Assembly (NCBI GenBank): GCA_948585895.1
Contig: CAPBNZ010000006.1
Coordinates: 1-40,752 of the forward strand
Length of the DNA: 40,752 nt
Direction: 5' to 3'
Source of the DNA: an uncultured Clostridia bacterium
GTDB taxonomy: Bacteria > Bacillota > Clostridia > TANB77 > CAG-508
A program made the position numbers and the translations under genes. The notes beneath the pieces were generated by a model. The model was not told where the DNA came from, ran no database searches, and saw only the letters and a program-made list of their open reading frames with translations. This document shows, one piece after another, positions 18,097-28,315 of the stretch. Within the stretch, counting starts at the first letter, position 1. Every line of letters begins with the position of its first letter.

Positions 18097-21000
18097 ATGA
18101 GGTGGAAGAAATTGAGCCAAAATGTAGGTACAATAGATTTAGAGCTATTATTAAAAAGTGAAAAGTTCAAATCTGAATTAAATGGATTACAAGGACACGC
18201 AAATCAAGCCTCAGACAAAATTTCAGGAGCCTTAAAAGGAATTGGTAAAGCAGCATTAGCTGCTTTTTCTGTTACAGCAGTAGTGAAGTTTGGAAAAGCA
18301 TGTTTAGAAGTAGCAACACAAACTAGCAATGCTTGGATAGGATTAAATTCTATACTAACAGGGCAAGGCAAAAGCTTTTCTCAAGCCCAAAAATTCATTG
18401 AGGAATATGTTAGTGATGGTTTAGTTCCATTAAATAATGCAGTTACGGCATATAAAAATTTAGCAGCTAGAGGTTACTCATCAGACCAGATAAAAAAGAC
18501 AATGACTGCATTAAAAAATAGTGCTACTTTCGGGAGACAAAGTACATATTCACTAGGAGAGGCAGTTCAAACTGCATCTGAAGGTCTAAAAAATGAAAAT
18601 AGTATTTTAGTTGATAATGCTGGTGTTACAAAAAATGTTGCTAAAATGTGGGAAGACTATGCAAAATCAGTTGGAAAATCAACAAACCAATTAACACAAG
18701 CTGAAAAAATAGAAGCGGAAGTCAATGGAATATTAGAAGAAACTAAATTTCAAATGAACGATGCTAGTATATATGCTAATACATATAGTGGAAAAGTTGC
18801 TCAACTTAATTTTGCATTTACTACAATGAAAACTGCTATTGGTAATGTAATACAACCTATTGCAAAATTGTTTATTCCGATGTTGACCGCAGCTGCGAAT
18901 GCAGTAACCAGATTATTTACTGCTATTGCTGGTTTAATGTCAATGTTTGGATTAAAAGCAGATAGTGTTGAAACAGTATCAAAAGGACTAGGAGGAGTTG
19001 CAGACAATGCAGAAAAAGCCTCTGATGCAGTAAAAGGTGTTGGAGATAGTGCTGGAAAAACTGCAAAAAAAGCCAAAAAGGCAGCATTACAATTAGCTGG
19101 TTTTGATGAAATGCAAAAATTATCTGATAATAGTAGTAATAGTTCTGGAAGTGGTTCTGGAGCTGGAGCGGGAACATCTGCTTTAGCAGAGTCTTTAGAT
19201 GTAACGACTAATATACAACAAGACACATCAGCATTTGATGGAATGTTAAATAAAGTTAAAGAGCTGGCCAACATATTTAAAGAGGGGTTTAGTGCTAGTT
19301 TTGGAGACACCAATTTTGATGGGATTTTAACACATCTAGGAAATATTAAGACAGCTTTAATAGATATATTTACAGACTCTAATGTTGTAAATTCAGCAAA
19401 TAATCTAGTTAAAACATGGAGTTATGCATTAGGTCAATCTGTTGGTGCAATAGCAAGAATAGGTGTAAATATTGTAGAGGGACTAGTTGGAAGTATAGAT
19501 GGCTATTTACAAAAAAACTCTGGAAGAATAAAAGGTTTTCTAATAAGTATGTTTGATGTAACTGCAGAAAGATTTACTTTCGTTGGAAATTTTATGGAGG
19601 CTATTGGAAAAATATCAGATGTTTTCTCAGGAAAAGAGGCAAAATCAATTGGTACAAGCATTATAGAAATGTTTGCTAATCCTATTATGTCTTTATATGA
19701 TGTTATAAATAAGTTCATTACAGATATAACTAAAATATTACTAACACCAATAATAAATAATTGTGATTTAATTAAGCAAACAATTCAAAATACATTAGGA
19801 CCTATTTCAAGTATATTTGAAACATTGTCTGAAATAATGACTGCATGGGGAGATAAGATAAATGAAATCTATACAACATATATAAGTCCATTCTTTGAAA
19901 ATTTATCAATTGGAATATCAGATACATTTGGGAAATTTTTAGAGTTTTGGAATATTTATATAGTTCCATTTTTAGAAAATGTTGCAACTGGTTTTTCACA
20001 ATTATGGACAGAACATTTAAGTCCTCTTATGGATAAAGTTGGAGGTTTAATTGGTTCAATAGTTCAAGCAATTCAAGCCTTATGGAATGGTGTATTAAAG
20101 CCAGTTATAGACTGGATTATTCAAAATGTACTACCTAAATTAGTTCCAGTATTTGAAGCATTATGGAACACGATAAAAACCGTGTTTGGATATATTTCAG
20201 ATGCTATTGGAGGAATAATAGATTTCTTCAAAGGACTAATAGATTTTATTGTAGGAGTATTTACTGGAGATTGGAGCAAGGCTTGGGATGGAATAAAGAA
20301 TATATTTAGTGGAATATGGAATGCAATAAAAGGGATAGTTCAAGCTGTATGGAGTGCAATTAAAGGAATTGTAGAGACAGTTATAAATGTTATAAAAGCT
20401 ATAATTACTACTGTCTTTAATGCCATAAAAACTATAATTACTAATATTTGGAATGGAATTAAAACATTTTTTACAAATATATGGAATGGCATTAGAGATA
20501 TGATTTCAAATGCGATAAATGGAATAAAAAGTACTATATCAAATGTGTTTAATGCAATAAAAAATACTATCACTAATATATGGAACAATATTGTAACAAC
20601 TATTAGTAATGTATGGAATACAATCAAAACAAAAGTTAGAGAAGGAGCTCAAGGGGCATGGAATGCAATTACTGGTATTTTTGGAGGTATTGCAAATTGG
20701 TTTAAAAATATCTTTACCCAAGCATGGACAGCAGTTAAAAATGTATTTAGTACAGGTGGAAAAATATTTGATGGCATAAAAGAGGGAATTGTAAACTTCT
20801 TCAAAACAATAGTTAATGGAATTATTGGTGCTATTAACAAAATAATTGCAGTTCCATTTAATGCAATTAATAACATATTACAAAAAATTCATGATGTTGA
20901 AGTTGCTGGATTTAAACCATTTACTTGGGTGCATAAATTCAATGTTCCACAAATTCCAATGCTTGCACAAGGTGGTTATGTTAAAGCAAATACACCAAGA

Positions 21001-21237
21001 CTTGCAGTAGTAGGAGATAACAGAACACAAGGAGAAATTATATCTCCAGTAGATAAAATGAAAGAAACATTTTTAAGTGCATTACAAGAATATAAAAATA
21101 TGAATGCTGGAATGGGTGGAGATTATGTTCCAATAGAAATCAATATACCAATTTATTTAGATGGCGAGGAAATAGACAGAAAACAAGATGAAAGAAAAGC
21201 TAGATTGGCACTTGCTACAAATGGAAGGAGGTATTGA
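18097..21237 (+). CDS. Tape measure protein
   Basis: 1046 aa. It has a Gly/Ser/Ala-rich linker and long runs of an 11-residue-type W..IK..I repeat (IWNAIKGIVQAVWSAIKGIV...NIWNGIKTFFTNIWNGIRD...). Confidence 0.9.
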   Translation: MRWKKLSQNVGTIDLELLLKSEKFKSELNGLQGHANQASDKISGALKGIGKAALAAFSVTAVVKFGKACLEVATQTSNAWIGLNSILTGQGKSFSQAQKFIEEYVSDGLVPLNNAVTAYKNLAARGYSSDQIKKTMTALKNSATFGRQSTYSLGEAVQTASEGLKNENSILVDNAGVTKNVAKMWEDYAKSVGKSTNQLTQAEKIEAEVNGILEETKFQMNDASIYANTYSGKVAQLNFAFTTMKTAIGNVIQPIAKLFIPMLTAAANAVTRLFTAIAGLMSMFGLKADSVETVSKGLGGVADNAEKASDAVKGVGDSAGKTAKKAKKAALQLAGFDEMQKLSDNSSNSSGSGSGAGAGTSALAESLDVTTNIQQDTSAFDGMLNKVKELANIFKEGFSASFGDTNFDGILTHLGNIKTALIDIFTDSNVVNSANNLVKTWSYALGQSVGAIARIGVNIVEGLVGSIDGYLQKNSGRIKGFLISMFDVTAERFTFVGNFMEAIGKISDVFSGKEAKSIGTSIIEMFANPIMSLYDVINKFITDITKILLTPIINNCDLIKQTIQNTLGPISSIFETLSEIMTAWGDKINEIYTTYISPFFENLSIGISDTFGKFLEFWNIYIVPFLENVATGFSQLWTEHLSPLMDKVGGLIGSIVQAIQALWNGVLKPVIDWIIQNVLPKLVPVFEALWNTIKTVFGYISDAIGGIIDFFKGLIDFIVGVFTGDWSKAWDGIKNIFSGIWNAIKGIVQAVWSAIKGIVETVINVIKAIITTVFNAIKTIITNIWNGIKTFFTNIWNGIRDMISNAINGIKSTISNVFNAIKNTITNIWNNIVTTISNVWNTIKTKVREGAQGAWNAITGIFGGIANWFKNIFTQAWTAVKNVFSTGGKIFDGIKEGIVNFFKTIVNGIIGAINKIIAVPFNAINNILQKIHDVEVAGFKPFTWVHKFNVPQIPMLAQGGYVKANTPRLAVVGDNRTQGEIISPVDKMKETFLSALQEYKNMNAGMGGDYVPIEINIPIYLDGEEIDRKQDERKARLALATNGRRY

Positions 21238-21242
21238 TAATT

Positions 21243-21644
21243 ATGGCAACATATAGTGGAGACTTGATAAAATTAAATGGAAAAAGTTATAAATGTATTA
21301 CATCTTATAAAATTCAAAGAAATAAATTATGGAGTTCTGATACTGGAAGAAATATGGCTGGAGTCATGAAAGGAACACTAATAGGAAATTTCCCTAAAAT
21401 ACAACTAGAAATAGAACCTTTGGATGCTGAAGAAATGAGAGAGTTGGAACTCATTTTTGATTCAGCATCTTTTGTTGTTGAATATTACAATAACAAATAT
21501 GGTTGTATATGTACCGCAGATTATTATGCAAATGATTATGATGAGGACTTATATATAGGAAGATTACCAGAATTAAAATATAAATCTTTTCCAGTTAATC
21601 TAATACCAAACGAGGGGGAAGATAGACATGTTAAACACAACTAA
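21243..21644 (+). CDS. Small distal-tail-position protein
   Basis: First gene after the tape measure. At about 133 aa it is smaller than a typical Dit, so the call is positional only. Confidence 0.4.
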   Translation: MATYSGDLIKLNGKSYKCITSYKIQRNKLWSSDTGRNMAGVMKGTLIGNFPKIQLEIEPLDAEEMRELELIFDSASFVVEYYNNKYGCICTADYYANDYDEDLYIGRLPELKYKSFPVNLIPNEGEDRHVKHN

Positions 21645-23739
21645 AACTTTTAAAAATAAAATGAAAGTATATGGAAAGCAATTAAATATCTTACTTGGGT
21701 TTGGTAATACAAAACTTGATAAAACTCATGTTAAAAAATTGAATTTATCAGTAAATGGAGATTTATTTACTTCTGTTATGAGGCAAGTTGAAATAGAAAT
21801 AGAAAACTATACAACAATTGATAAGAGTAAAATCATGACAGTTAGGGAAGTACATGAGGCAATGGTTAGGAGAATAGATAAGACACAAGTAAAGTATTTA
21901 GCTGAAGACCAAGACAAAGAATATACAGTTGAAGATGTACACAAAATGAGTGTAGGAAAGATGGATAATACTAGAGTAAAATTCCTTATTCCACACGATA
22001 AAAGAGAAAACATTGAAAATACAAGTAAAATAAATATTCAAGTAGGAGTTAGGACATCAGAGTTTGATGATTATGAATATATTGATTGGGGCGAATTTGT
22101 TGTTTATGACAAAGAAGAAAAAATTGATACTCGTTCATTAAAATTATATTTATATGATCACATGATAGATAGCCATATAAAATATACTGATAGTCCTCTT
22201 ACTATTGATTATTCAACTGGAAGTGTTACCAATTTAGATTTATTAAAGGCTATTTGTAATAAATTTGGATGGACTCTAAAATCAATGGATTTTGCAAATG
22301 CAAATAAGATAATAAGCGAAGATAAATATGCAGAGTTAACTGATTTTACATACAGAGATATTTTAGATGAAATTGCAGCAAGTGCTGGAGGTTTTATAAA
22401 AATCATAAATAAAGATTTATATGTAGCATATCCAACTGAAACGGGAGAAACTATTGATGAAAATGATTTAGAGAAACTTACAATTGGAAAGAAAATAGGA
22501 CCATATAACACTATGGTATTAGGTAGAAGTCCTCAAGAAGATAATATTTACTATCCAAGTTCAATACCAGCCTCTGGTAGAGTAACAATAAGGATAGACA
22601 ATAATCAAATTATGGACAGAAATAGAAGTGATTATATTGAGGAAATATATAACCATATTAACGGACTATCTTATTATGTGTTTGAATATACTTCATTTGG
22701 ATTTGGTTATTTTGAATTTGGAGATATTGTTACCATTAAAGACTTACATGAAAACGAATATAAAACAATATTATTCAATATCAATGTAGAAATAACATCT
22801 GGAATAAAGGAAAAAGCAAATACAAAAGAGCCTCAATATAGTGAAACTAAATATCAGTATGCTACTGGAATTGAGAAAAGAGTAACTAATACAGAAATTA
22901 TTACAAATAAACAAGAAGGTAAAATTCAAGAAATAATTGAAGAACAACAAGGTGCAACATCTAAAATGAATTTGTTAGAGTCAACAATAAATGAAACTAA
23001 AAGAACTATATCCGACTATAAAAGTGAAACAGACAACCAATTAGCAGAGTTTAAGGATACTCTGGATGGTATGAATGTAACTTTAAAAAATAATAGTGGT
23101 AATAATATTTTTTATTATGATACTGATTTTTGGAATGGAAATGCAATTGAAAGCTATATTGATACTGATACAAAGAAGAATACTGTTAGTGGAATGGGAT
23201 ATAAACTATCAATAGGAACTGTTTCCCAAGATGTAATGGTAAAAAATGATGATTACACAATATCATTTTTATATAAAAACACAAATAAGCTAGACAATAC
23301 AACAGCAACGATAAATGGTATATCAGAAAAACTAGTTTATACTGGCCAAGAATGGAGAGAATATACTAGAAAAATTAAGGTTACTGACAATAGAATTTCC
23401 GTTTCTTTTAAAACAGATATTAACGAAGCAATAGAAATTGCCGATGTTATGGGAAATATAGGTACCGAAAAACAAGCATGGTCTCAAAATCCGAATGAAA
23501 CACATACAGACACAGTTGATATAGGAAAAGGAATACAAGTAAATTCTAGTACATCTAATACATATACAAGAATGGATGCAGATGGTTTTAGAAGTTTTAA
23601 TTCATCAACTGGAGAAGTAACAACAGAATTGACAGATAAAGGAACAGTAACAAAAGAATTAAAAGTAGAAACCAAAGCTGAAATTACAGGCTTACTATTC
23701 CAAGAAATTGAGGGACAAACATGGATTTCAAAATTATAA
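21628..23739 (+). CDS. Tail tip / minor structural protein (Tal or prophage-tail-endopeptidase-like)
   Basis: 703 aa, second gene after the tape measure, with a coiled-coil segment in the middle (IQEIIEEQQGATSKMNLLESTINETKRTISDYKSE). Confidence 0.55.
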   Translation: MLNTTKTFKNKMKVYGKQLNILLGFGNTKLDKTHVKKLNLSVNGDLFTSVMRQVEIEIENYTTIDKSKIMTVREVHEAMVRRIDKTQVKYLAEDQDKEYTVEDVHKMSVGKMDNTRVKFLIPHDKRENIENTSKINIQVGVRTSEFDDYEYIDWGEFVVYDKEEKIDTRSLKLYLYDHMIDSHIKYTDSPLTIDYSTGSVTNLDLLKAICNKFGWTLKSMDFANANKIISEDKYAELTDFTYRDILDEIAASAGGFIKIINKDLYVAYPTETGETIDENDLEKLTIGKKIGPYNTMVLGRSPQEDNIYYPSSIPASGRVTIRIDNNQIMDRNRSDYIEEIYNHINGLSYYVFEYTSFGFGYFEFGDIVTIKDLHENEYKTILFNINVEITSGIKEKANTKEPQYSETKYQYATGIEKRVTNTEIITNKQEGKIQEIIEEQQGATSKMNLLESTINETKRTISDYKSETDNQLAEFKDTLDGMNVTLKNNSGNNIFYYDTDFWNGNAIESYIDTDTKKNTVSGMGYKLSIGTVSQDVMVKNDDYTISFLYKNTNKLDNTTATINGISEKLVYTGQEWREYTRKIKVTDNRISVSFKTDINEAIEIADVMGNIGTEKQAWSQNPNETHTDTVDIGKGIQVNSSTSNTYTRMDADGFRSFNSSTGEVTTELTDKGTVTKELKVETKAEITGLLFQEIEGQTWISKL

Positions 23740-23759
23740 AGAAAGGAGGAATTTAGTCA

Positions 23760-26072
23760 ATGGCAACAAATGAATATCTTAATAGTAATGGCTATAATGG
23801 AAGATATATAGAATTACATTGGTGGAGAACTGGAACATGGAATGGTGCAACATGTGGTTCTAATATACATTGGGAATTACATGGTAGAGGTCAAGCATCA
23901 GCTAGTTGGTATAAAGCTGGTAATTTTAAAGTAGTTATAAATGGTCAAACATTGTACAATTCTTCTAATAGAATAAACTTATATAATGGAACATTAGTTG
24001 CTAGTGGAGATATTTCAATACAACATGATAATAATGGTAGCAAGTATTTTTCAGCAAGTATTGAAGCTGGTATTTATAATGTTGCAGTAAATTGTAGTGC
24101 CAGTGGCGGATGGTGGTTAGATTCTATACCAAGAAATTTAGATAGCATTGGTATCTCAGAAAGAGGGCATAGTTATAATTCTATTCAAGTAAATTGGTCT
24201 TGTAGTCCGGCAAGAGATTGGACACAATATTCTCTTAATGGTGGAGGATGGACAGATGCTGGAGATACAGTCGCTGGAGACAACAAATCTGGATGGTTTA
24301 ACATTGGTGGATTAACAGAAAATACTAGATATACAATAAAAGTAAGGTTAAGAAGAGCAGATAGTGGATTATGGTCAGAGTCTAATACATTAACAATTAC
24401 AACTGCTAGTGCTCATACATCTATTACTCAATTTGTAGTAAATAAGATAACTGGTAGAAGTGACCAATTAAAAATAACATGGGCTGCTGGACATGCTTGC
24501 GATAAAGGTTGGTATTCAATTGATAATGGTAGTACATGGAAAGAAGGATTAAGTTATCCAGACCAAATAATTACTGGTTTAAGTAGTGGAACTTCTTATA
24601 GAATTAAAATTAAGGTAAGAAGAGGAGACTCACAACAAATAACCGAAAGTGGAACTGTTACTCAAACAACATATACTCAAACAAAATTTACAAAAAATAA
24701 TATAAATCATATTAGTGGTTATAGTGGATTAAGTCAGTTAAAAGTGGAATGGGCAACAAATATAACAATTAACAAATTAGAATTATCTTTGAATAATGGA
24801 TCTAGTTGGACAGATAAAGGCAATCCTAATAGTACAAGTGGAACATTTACAATTACAAGTCTTTCAATGAATACATATTATAACATTAAATTAAGAGCAA
24901 CAAGTAAAGATGGTTCTGTTATGACTACTACTGGAACAATAAAACAAAATACTTATAACAAAGTAACTGGAAACTTATATAAAAATGGAACAAAACTCAA
25001 TGTAACTTCTGGAATACAATTAACAACAACAGATAAATTAGAATTCAAAGATATTTCAAATCCAGCTGGTTGTACTTATAAAATTTATTTTGAAACTCCA
25101 GATAATACTAGAAGATTAATACAAACTGAAACAACAATAACTGCAGCACAAATTCAATCAATGTTTCAATATTTGCCTAATAGTAATTCACAAGCATTTA
25201 ATGTTGGAATTGCTACGATGAATGGCAATACAGAAGCACAATATGTTGATTTTTATGGAAATTTAGTAATAACTAATTCAAATCCTGCTTTCAATAATTT
25301 TACATACGAGGACACAGATGAAAAATGTAAGATTTTAACTGGAGGAAATCAAGGAATAATAAAAGGTTATTCAGATGTGAAAATAAATATTTCTAGTGCA
25401 AATAAAGCAATTGGAAAAGATTATGCTACAATAACAAAATATAGGGCTGTTATTGGAGAAAAACAAAAAGAAATAGGATATTCTAATTCTTCAAATGTTA
25501 GTGGTCAAATAGATAATGTTGATAGTAATGTTTTTACAGTATATGCGATAGACTCAAGAGGAAATTCAACTGCAAAACAAATTAGTCCAAGTGCATTTTA
25601 TAATTATTCAAATATAAAAATAACAAAAGCAGAAATTGCTAGGACTAATGGAGTTGGCAAAGAAACAGAATTATCTTTTGAGGGGCAATACTGGAATAAC
25701 TCTTTTGGTAATATCATGAATGGAATTGTTAAATGTTATTATCAATACAAAAAAACATCATCTAACACATGGGTTGCTGGTTCCACAACATTAACATTGA
25801 CCTTTAATGGTAGTAAATTTAGTTTTAAAGGACTTATTAAAGGCGATGCTGAAGCAGAGGGATTTTCAGTAACTAATAATTTCAATATAAGAATTTATAT
25901 CGAAGATAGATTGTCAAAATCTACTTTTGATTTAATTCTAGGTTCTGGAACTCCACAACTTGCAGTAGCACCAGAGGGTGTTGCAGTTGGCGGAATGTAT
26001 AGAGCTGATTTAGGAGAGGGTTTGCAAATATATGGCAAGCTCTTTTTAAATGGAAAAGAAATAACAATATAA
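23760..26072 (+). CDS. Tail fibre / receptor-binding protein with three FN3-like repeats
   Basis: 770 aa. Three repeats of about 90 aa each end in Y.IK(V/I/L)R...(D/S)....S.T.T..T (aa ~127-399). Confidence 0.6.
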   Translation: MATNEYLNSNGYNGRYIELHWWRTGTWNGATCGSNIHWELHGRGQASASWYKAGNFKVVINGQTLYNSSNRINLYNGTLVASGDISIQHDNNGSKYFSASIEAGIYNVAVNCSASGGWWLDSIPRNLDSIGISERGHSYNSIQVNWSCSPARDWTQYSLNGGGWTDAGDTVAGDNKSGWFNIGGLTENTRYTIKVRLRRADSGLWSESNTLTITTASAHTSITQFVVNKITGRSDQLKITWAAGHACDKGWYSIDNGSTWKEGLSYPDQIITGLSSGTSYRIKIKVRRGDSQQITESGTVTQTTYTQTKFTKNNINHISGYSGLSQLKVEWATNITINKLELSLNNGSSWTDKGNPNSTSGTFTITSLSMNTYYNIKLRATSKDGSVMTTTGTIKQNTYNKVTGNLYKNGTKLNVTSGIQLTTTDKLEFKDISNPAGCTYKIYFETPDNTRRLIQTETTITAAQIQSMFQYLPNSNSQAFNVGIATMNGNTEAQYVDFYGNLVITNSNPAFNNFTYEDTDEKCKILTGGNQGIIKGYSDVKINISSANKAIGKDYATITKYRAVIGEKQKEIGYSNSSNVSGQIDNVDSNVFTVYAIDSRGNSTAKQISPSAFYNYSNIKITKAEIARTNGVGKETELSFEGQYWNNSFGNIMNGIVKCYYQYKKTSSNTWVAGSTTLTLTFNGSKFSFKGLIKGDAEAEGFSVTNNFNIRIYIEDRLSKSTFDLILGSGTPQLAVAPEGVAVGGMYRADLGEGLQIYGKLFLNGKEITI

Positions 26073-26090
26073 TTTGAAAGGAGATAAAAA

Positions 26091-27818
26091 ATGTCTTTAA
26101 AAACTACATTTTTAAAATTATTTAAATGGAATACTCAAGATGATGAGGACCTAAATAGTAACTTTGATATTGATGCAGCAATGAATGACAACTGGGATAT
26201 GATAGACAATGCAGTTAGTAATTTAAATGGTAATAAAGTTGATAAAGTTAGTGGTAAAGGTTTATCTACTAATGATTACACAACAACAGAAAAAAACAAA
26301 TTGAGTGGAATTGCAGCTGGAGCACAAGTTAATGTATTGGAAAACCTAACATTAGGGGGCACCGCATTACAAAAAAATAATAAATCAATAGAAATCAAAG
26401 ATCCAGAAGTAACAAATGCGAGACAATCAGCTGTAAAAGACAAAACTTTTGCAAATGTAGATGCTCGTATAGAAGAACTAGAAGCGGATGTTGATAAAAT
26501 AGAAACAACAAGAGGTCATGTTTATGGAATAAGAAGAAAAATAACAAATAATTCTAGTTCTGCATGGGAAAGACTATTCGATAGTGTTGGCAAAGTTGCT
26601 AATGCTACTAAAAATGGTGGAACTGTTCAAAATGATTTTGATAGTTTAGCTCCTTGGTCTGATATAAAATCATGTAATTATGATTTAACTACTAAAAAAA
26701 TAAAAGCTTGGTTTGGGGATGCAAACTTTAAATTTGATGGCAGCAATGGAGATGTATTTACTTATATACCAAAAACATATTGGAAAATATATCAAGAGAA
26801 TGATTATGATTATGTTTTATTAGCAGACTATCCAAAAGCTGGATTTATGGAAGTAGATGGATTTTTTACTGGTAGATATAATGGTTCTGTTGTATCAGAT
26901 GTATTACATACTTATAGCGGTTTAGTACCAACAACAAGTAAAACAATAGGACAATTTAGAACATTAGCAAATGCACTAGGAAATGAATTTTCTCAATTAG
27001 ATTGGAGATATTTTGTTGTTCAAATGTTATATTTGGTGGAGTATGCAAATTATAATTCTCAATCTATGCTTGGAAATGGTGTTATGAATCGTAAGTATTT
27101 AAAAACACTCATTGCTGAAAATAATACAAATAGGGTAGTAATTGGTAGTGCATCTGGTTATTATGTAGGACAAATTATAAGAATTGGTACATCAGATGGT
27201 GGAACTCAAGTAGCAGATGCAAGAAAAATAACTGCAATTGAAGCTTATGATGATGGAACAGTTACTGGTTCAGCAATAACATTTGATGGAGCAGCGGTTA
27301 ATATAGCCGTTGATAACTTCGTTTGTACAATGGCACAAATTACTGGCCAATGTGATACTCTTGGAATGAAATCTGGATGTATCAATAATGATGGTTACCA
27401 TTCAATGATTTATAGAGGTATAGAAAATATTTTTGCAAATATTTGGCAATGGGTAGATGGAATAAACATAAAGGACCATTTAGCATATATCTGCAAAGAC
27501 CATTCAAAATATGCAAGTGATAAATTTGATGGAGATTATAAACCTCTTGCTTATACAAATTGCGACACTAATGGAAATCCAAAAAAACTAGGATTAGATG
27601 TAGATGAACCATTCTTTAGATTCCCAACTGAAATAGGAGGAGGAACATCTACCTATATGTGTGATTATTACTGGCAGAATACTGGAAACAGGGTTGCTCT
27701 TGTTGGTGGTTATTTCAGCGCTGGGGCTAACGATGGCTTGTGGTTTTGGTACTTCTACGGTACCTCTTCGGGTGCGGGTTGGAACGTCGGTGCTCGTGTT
27801 CTTATTGATAACCAGTAA
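26091..27818 (+). CDS. Tail fibre protein, DGR target (variable protein with C-type-lectin/FGE-like C-terminus)
   Basis: 575 aa. The N-terminus has the fibre-type motif KVDKVSGKGLSTNDYTTTEKNKLSGIAAGAQVN. The last 39 codons are the VR copy of the template repeat. Confidence 0.85.
   Translation: MSLKTTFLKLFKWNTQDDEDLNSNFDIDAAMNDNWDMIDNAVSNLNGNKVDKVSGKGLSTNDYTTTEKNKLSGIAAGAQVNVLENLTLGGTALQKNNKSIEIKDPEVTNARQSAVKDKTFANVDARIEELEADVDKIETTRGHVYGIRRKITNNSSSAWERLFDSVGKVANATKNGGTVQNDFDSLAPWSDIKSCNYDLTTKKIKAWFGDANFKFDGSNGDVFTYIPKTYWKIYQENDYDYVLLADYPKAGFMEVDGFFTGRYNGSVVSDVLHTYSGLVPTTSKTIGQFRTLANALGNEFSQLDWRYFVVQMLYLVEYANYNSQSMLGNGVMNRKYLKTLIAENNTNRVVIGSASGYYVGQIIRIGTSDGGTQVADARKITAIEAYDDGTVTGSAITFDGAAVNIAVDNFVCTMAQITGQCDTLGMKSGCINNDGYHSMIYRGIENIFANIWQWVDGINIKDHLAYICKDHSKYASDKFDGDYKPLAYTNCDTNGNPKKLGLDVDEPFFRFPTEIGGGTSTYMCDYYWQNTGNRVALVGGYFSAGANDGLWFWYFYGTSSGAGWNVGARVLIDNQ
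27691..27806 (+). repeat. DGR variable repeat (VR)
   Basis: 116 nt align without gaps to 28052-28167. All 15 mismatches fall at positions where the TR has A. All 90 non-A positions are identical. Confidence 0.92.
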
Positions 27819-27827
27819 AAACGGGGG

Positions 27828-27851
27828 TTTGGGGGCGGTCAGCCTCCCAAA
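27828..27851 (+). promoter_or_regulatory. GC-rich hairpin 3' of VR (candidate DGR target-recognition hairpin/cruciform; may also terminate)
   Basis: tttggggg (27828-27835) pairs with ctcccaaa (27844-27851) including one G-U, with loop cggtcagc. No equivalent exists after the TR. Confidence 0.5.
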
Positions 27852-28051
27852 ATATTTAAAGAAAGTTCTAATATTTATAAATAATTTTATAATTTTAGTG
27901 TTACTCTACAAAATCAAAATCTTATAGGCAGACTTTATATAAAGGCTGATATAGTTAAAATAAAATTGAAAATATGCTATTATCATTTCAAACACAATTG
28001 AAAATATAGGGACTTGATGTGTGCTTTGCCGAGCTTTCACTTCTCATTTGA

Positions 28052-28167
28052 GGGTTGCTCATGTTGGTGGTAATTTCAACAATGGGGCTAACGATGGCTT
28101 GTGGTATTGGAACTTCAACAATACCTCTTCGAGTGCGAATTGGAACATCGGTGCTCGTGTACTTATT
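28052..28167 (+). repeat. DGR template repeat (TR)
   Basis: Read in the VR frame it encodes RVAHVGGNFNNGANDGLWYWNFNNTSSSANWNIGARVLI, rich in AAY Asn codons as is typical of TRs. It lies 148 nt upstream of the RT start. Confidence 0.92.
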
Positions 28168-28315
28168 TTTGAAATAATAATTAGATACATTACACATCAT
28201 TTTCCAGAGCCCTTGCTCAAAATAGAGTCGCAACTGGATTGGACTAGTAAGCCCATTATGGTTTGAAAATCCGATAGACAAAAATAAGAAATTATTATAT
28301 TACCAGAGGTGTGTT

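Noticed and set aside
18801-19313. 170-aa minus-strand ORF (and other antisense ORFs at 18923-20876) inside the tape measure gene
   Set aside because: They are embedded antisense in a well-supported 1046-aa gene. They are low complexity with no RBS. Such ORFs are typical artefacts of repeat-rich AT-biased coding sequence.
27661-27927. 88-aa + strand ORF overlapping the fibre 3' end
   Set aside because: It is an alternate frame of the VR region running into the intergenic hairpin, with no RBS. It is spurious.
28021-28266. 81-aa + strand ORF covering the template repeat
   Set aside because: It is simply the TR read in the VR frame (NFNNGANDGLWYWNFNN...). It has no RBS, and its sequence outside the repeat looks random. 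I treat it as non-coding DGR RNA template.
27988-28281. 97-aa minus-strand ORF between the fibre gene and the RT, considered as a possible Avd
   Set aside because: It is antisense to the TR, has no RBS, and its composition is not that of a helical basic Avd bundle. Its existence is explained by the TR sequence on the other strand.
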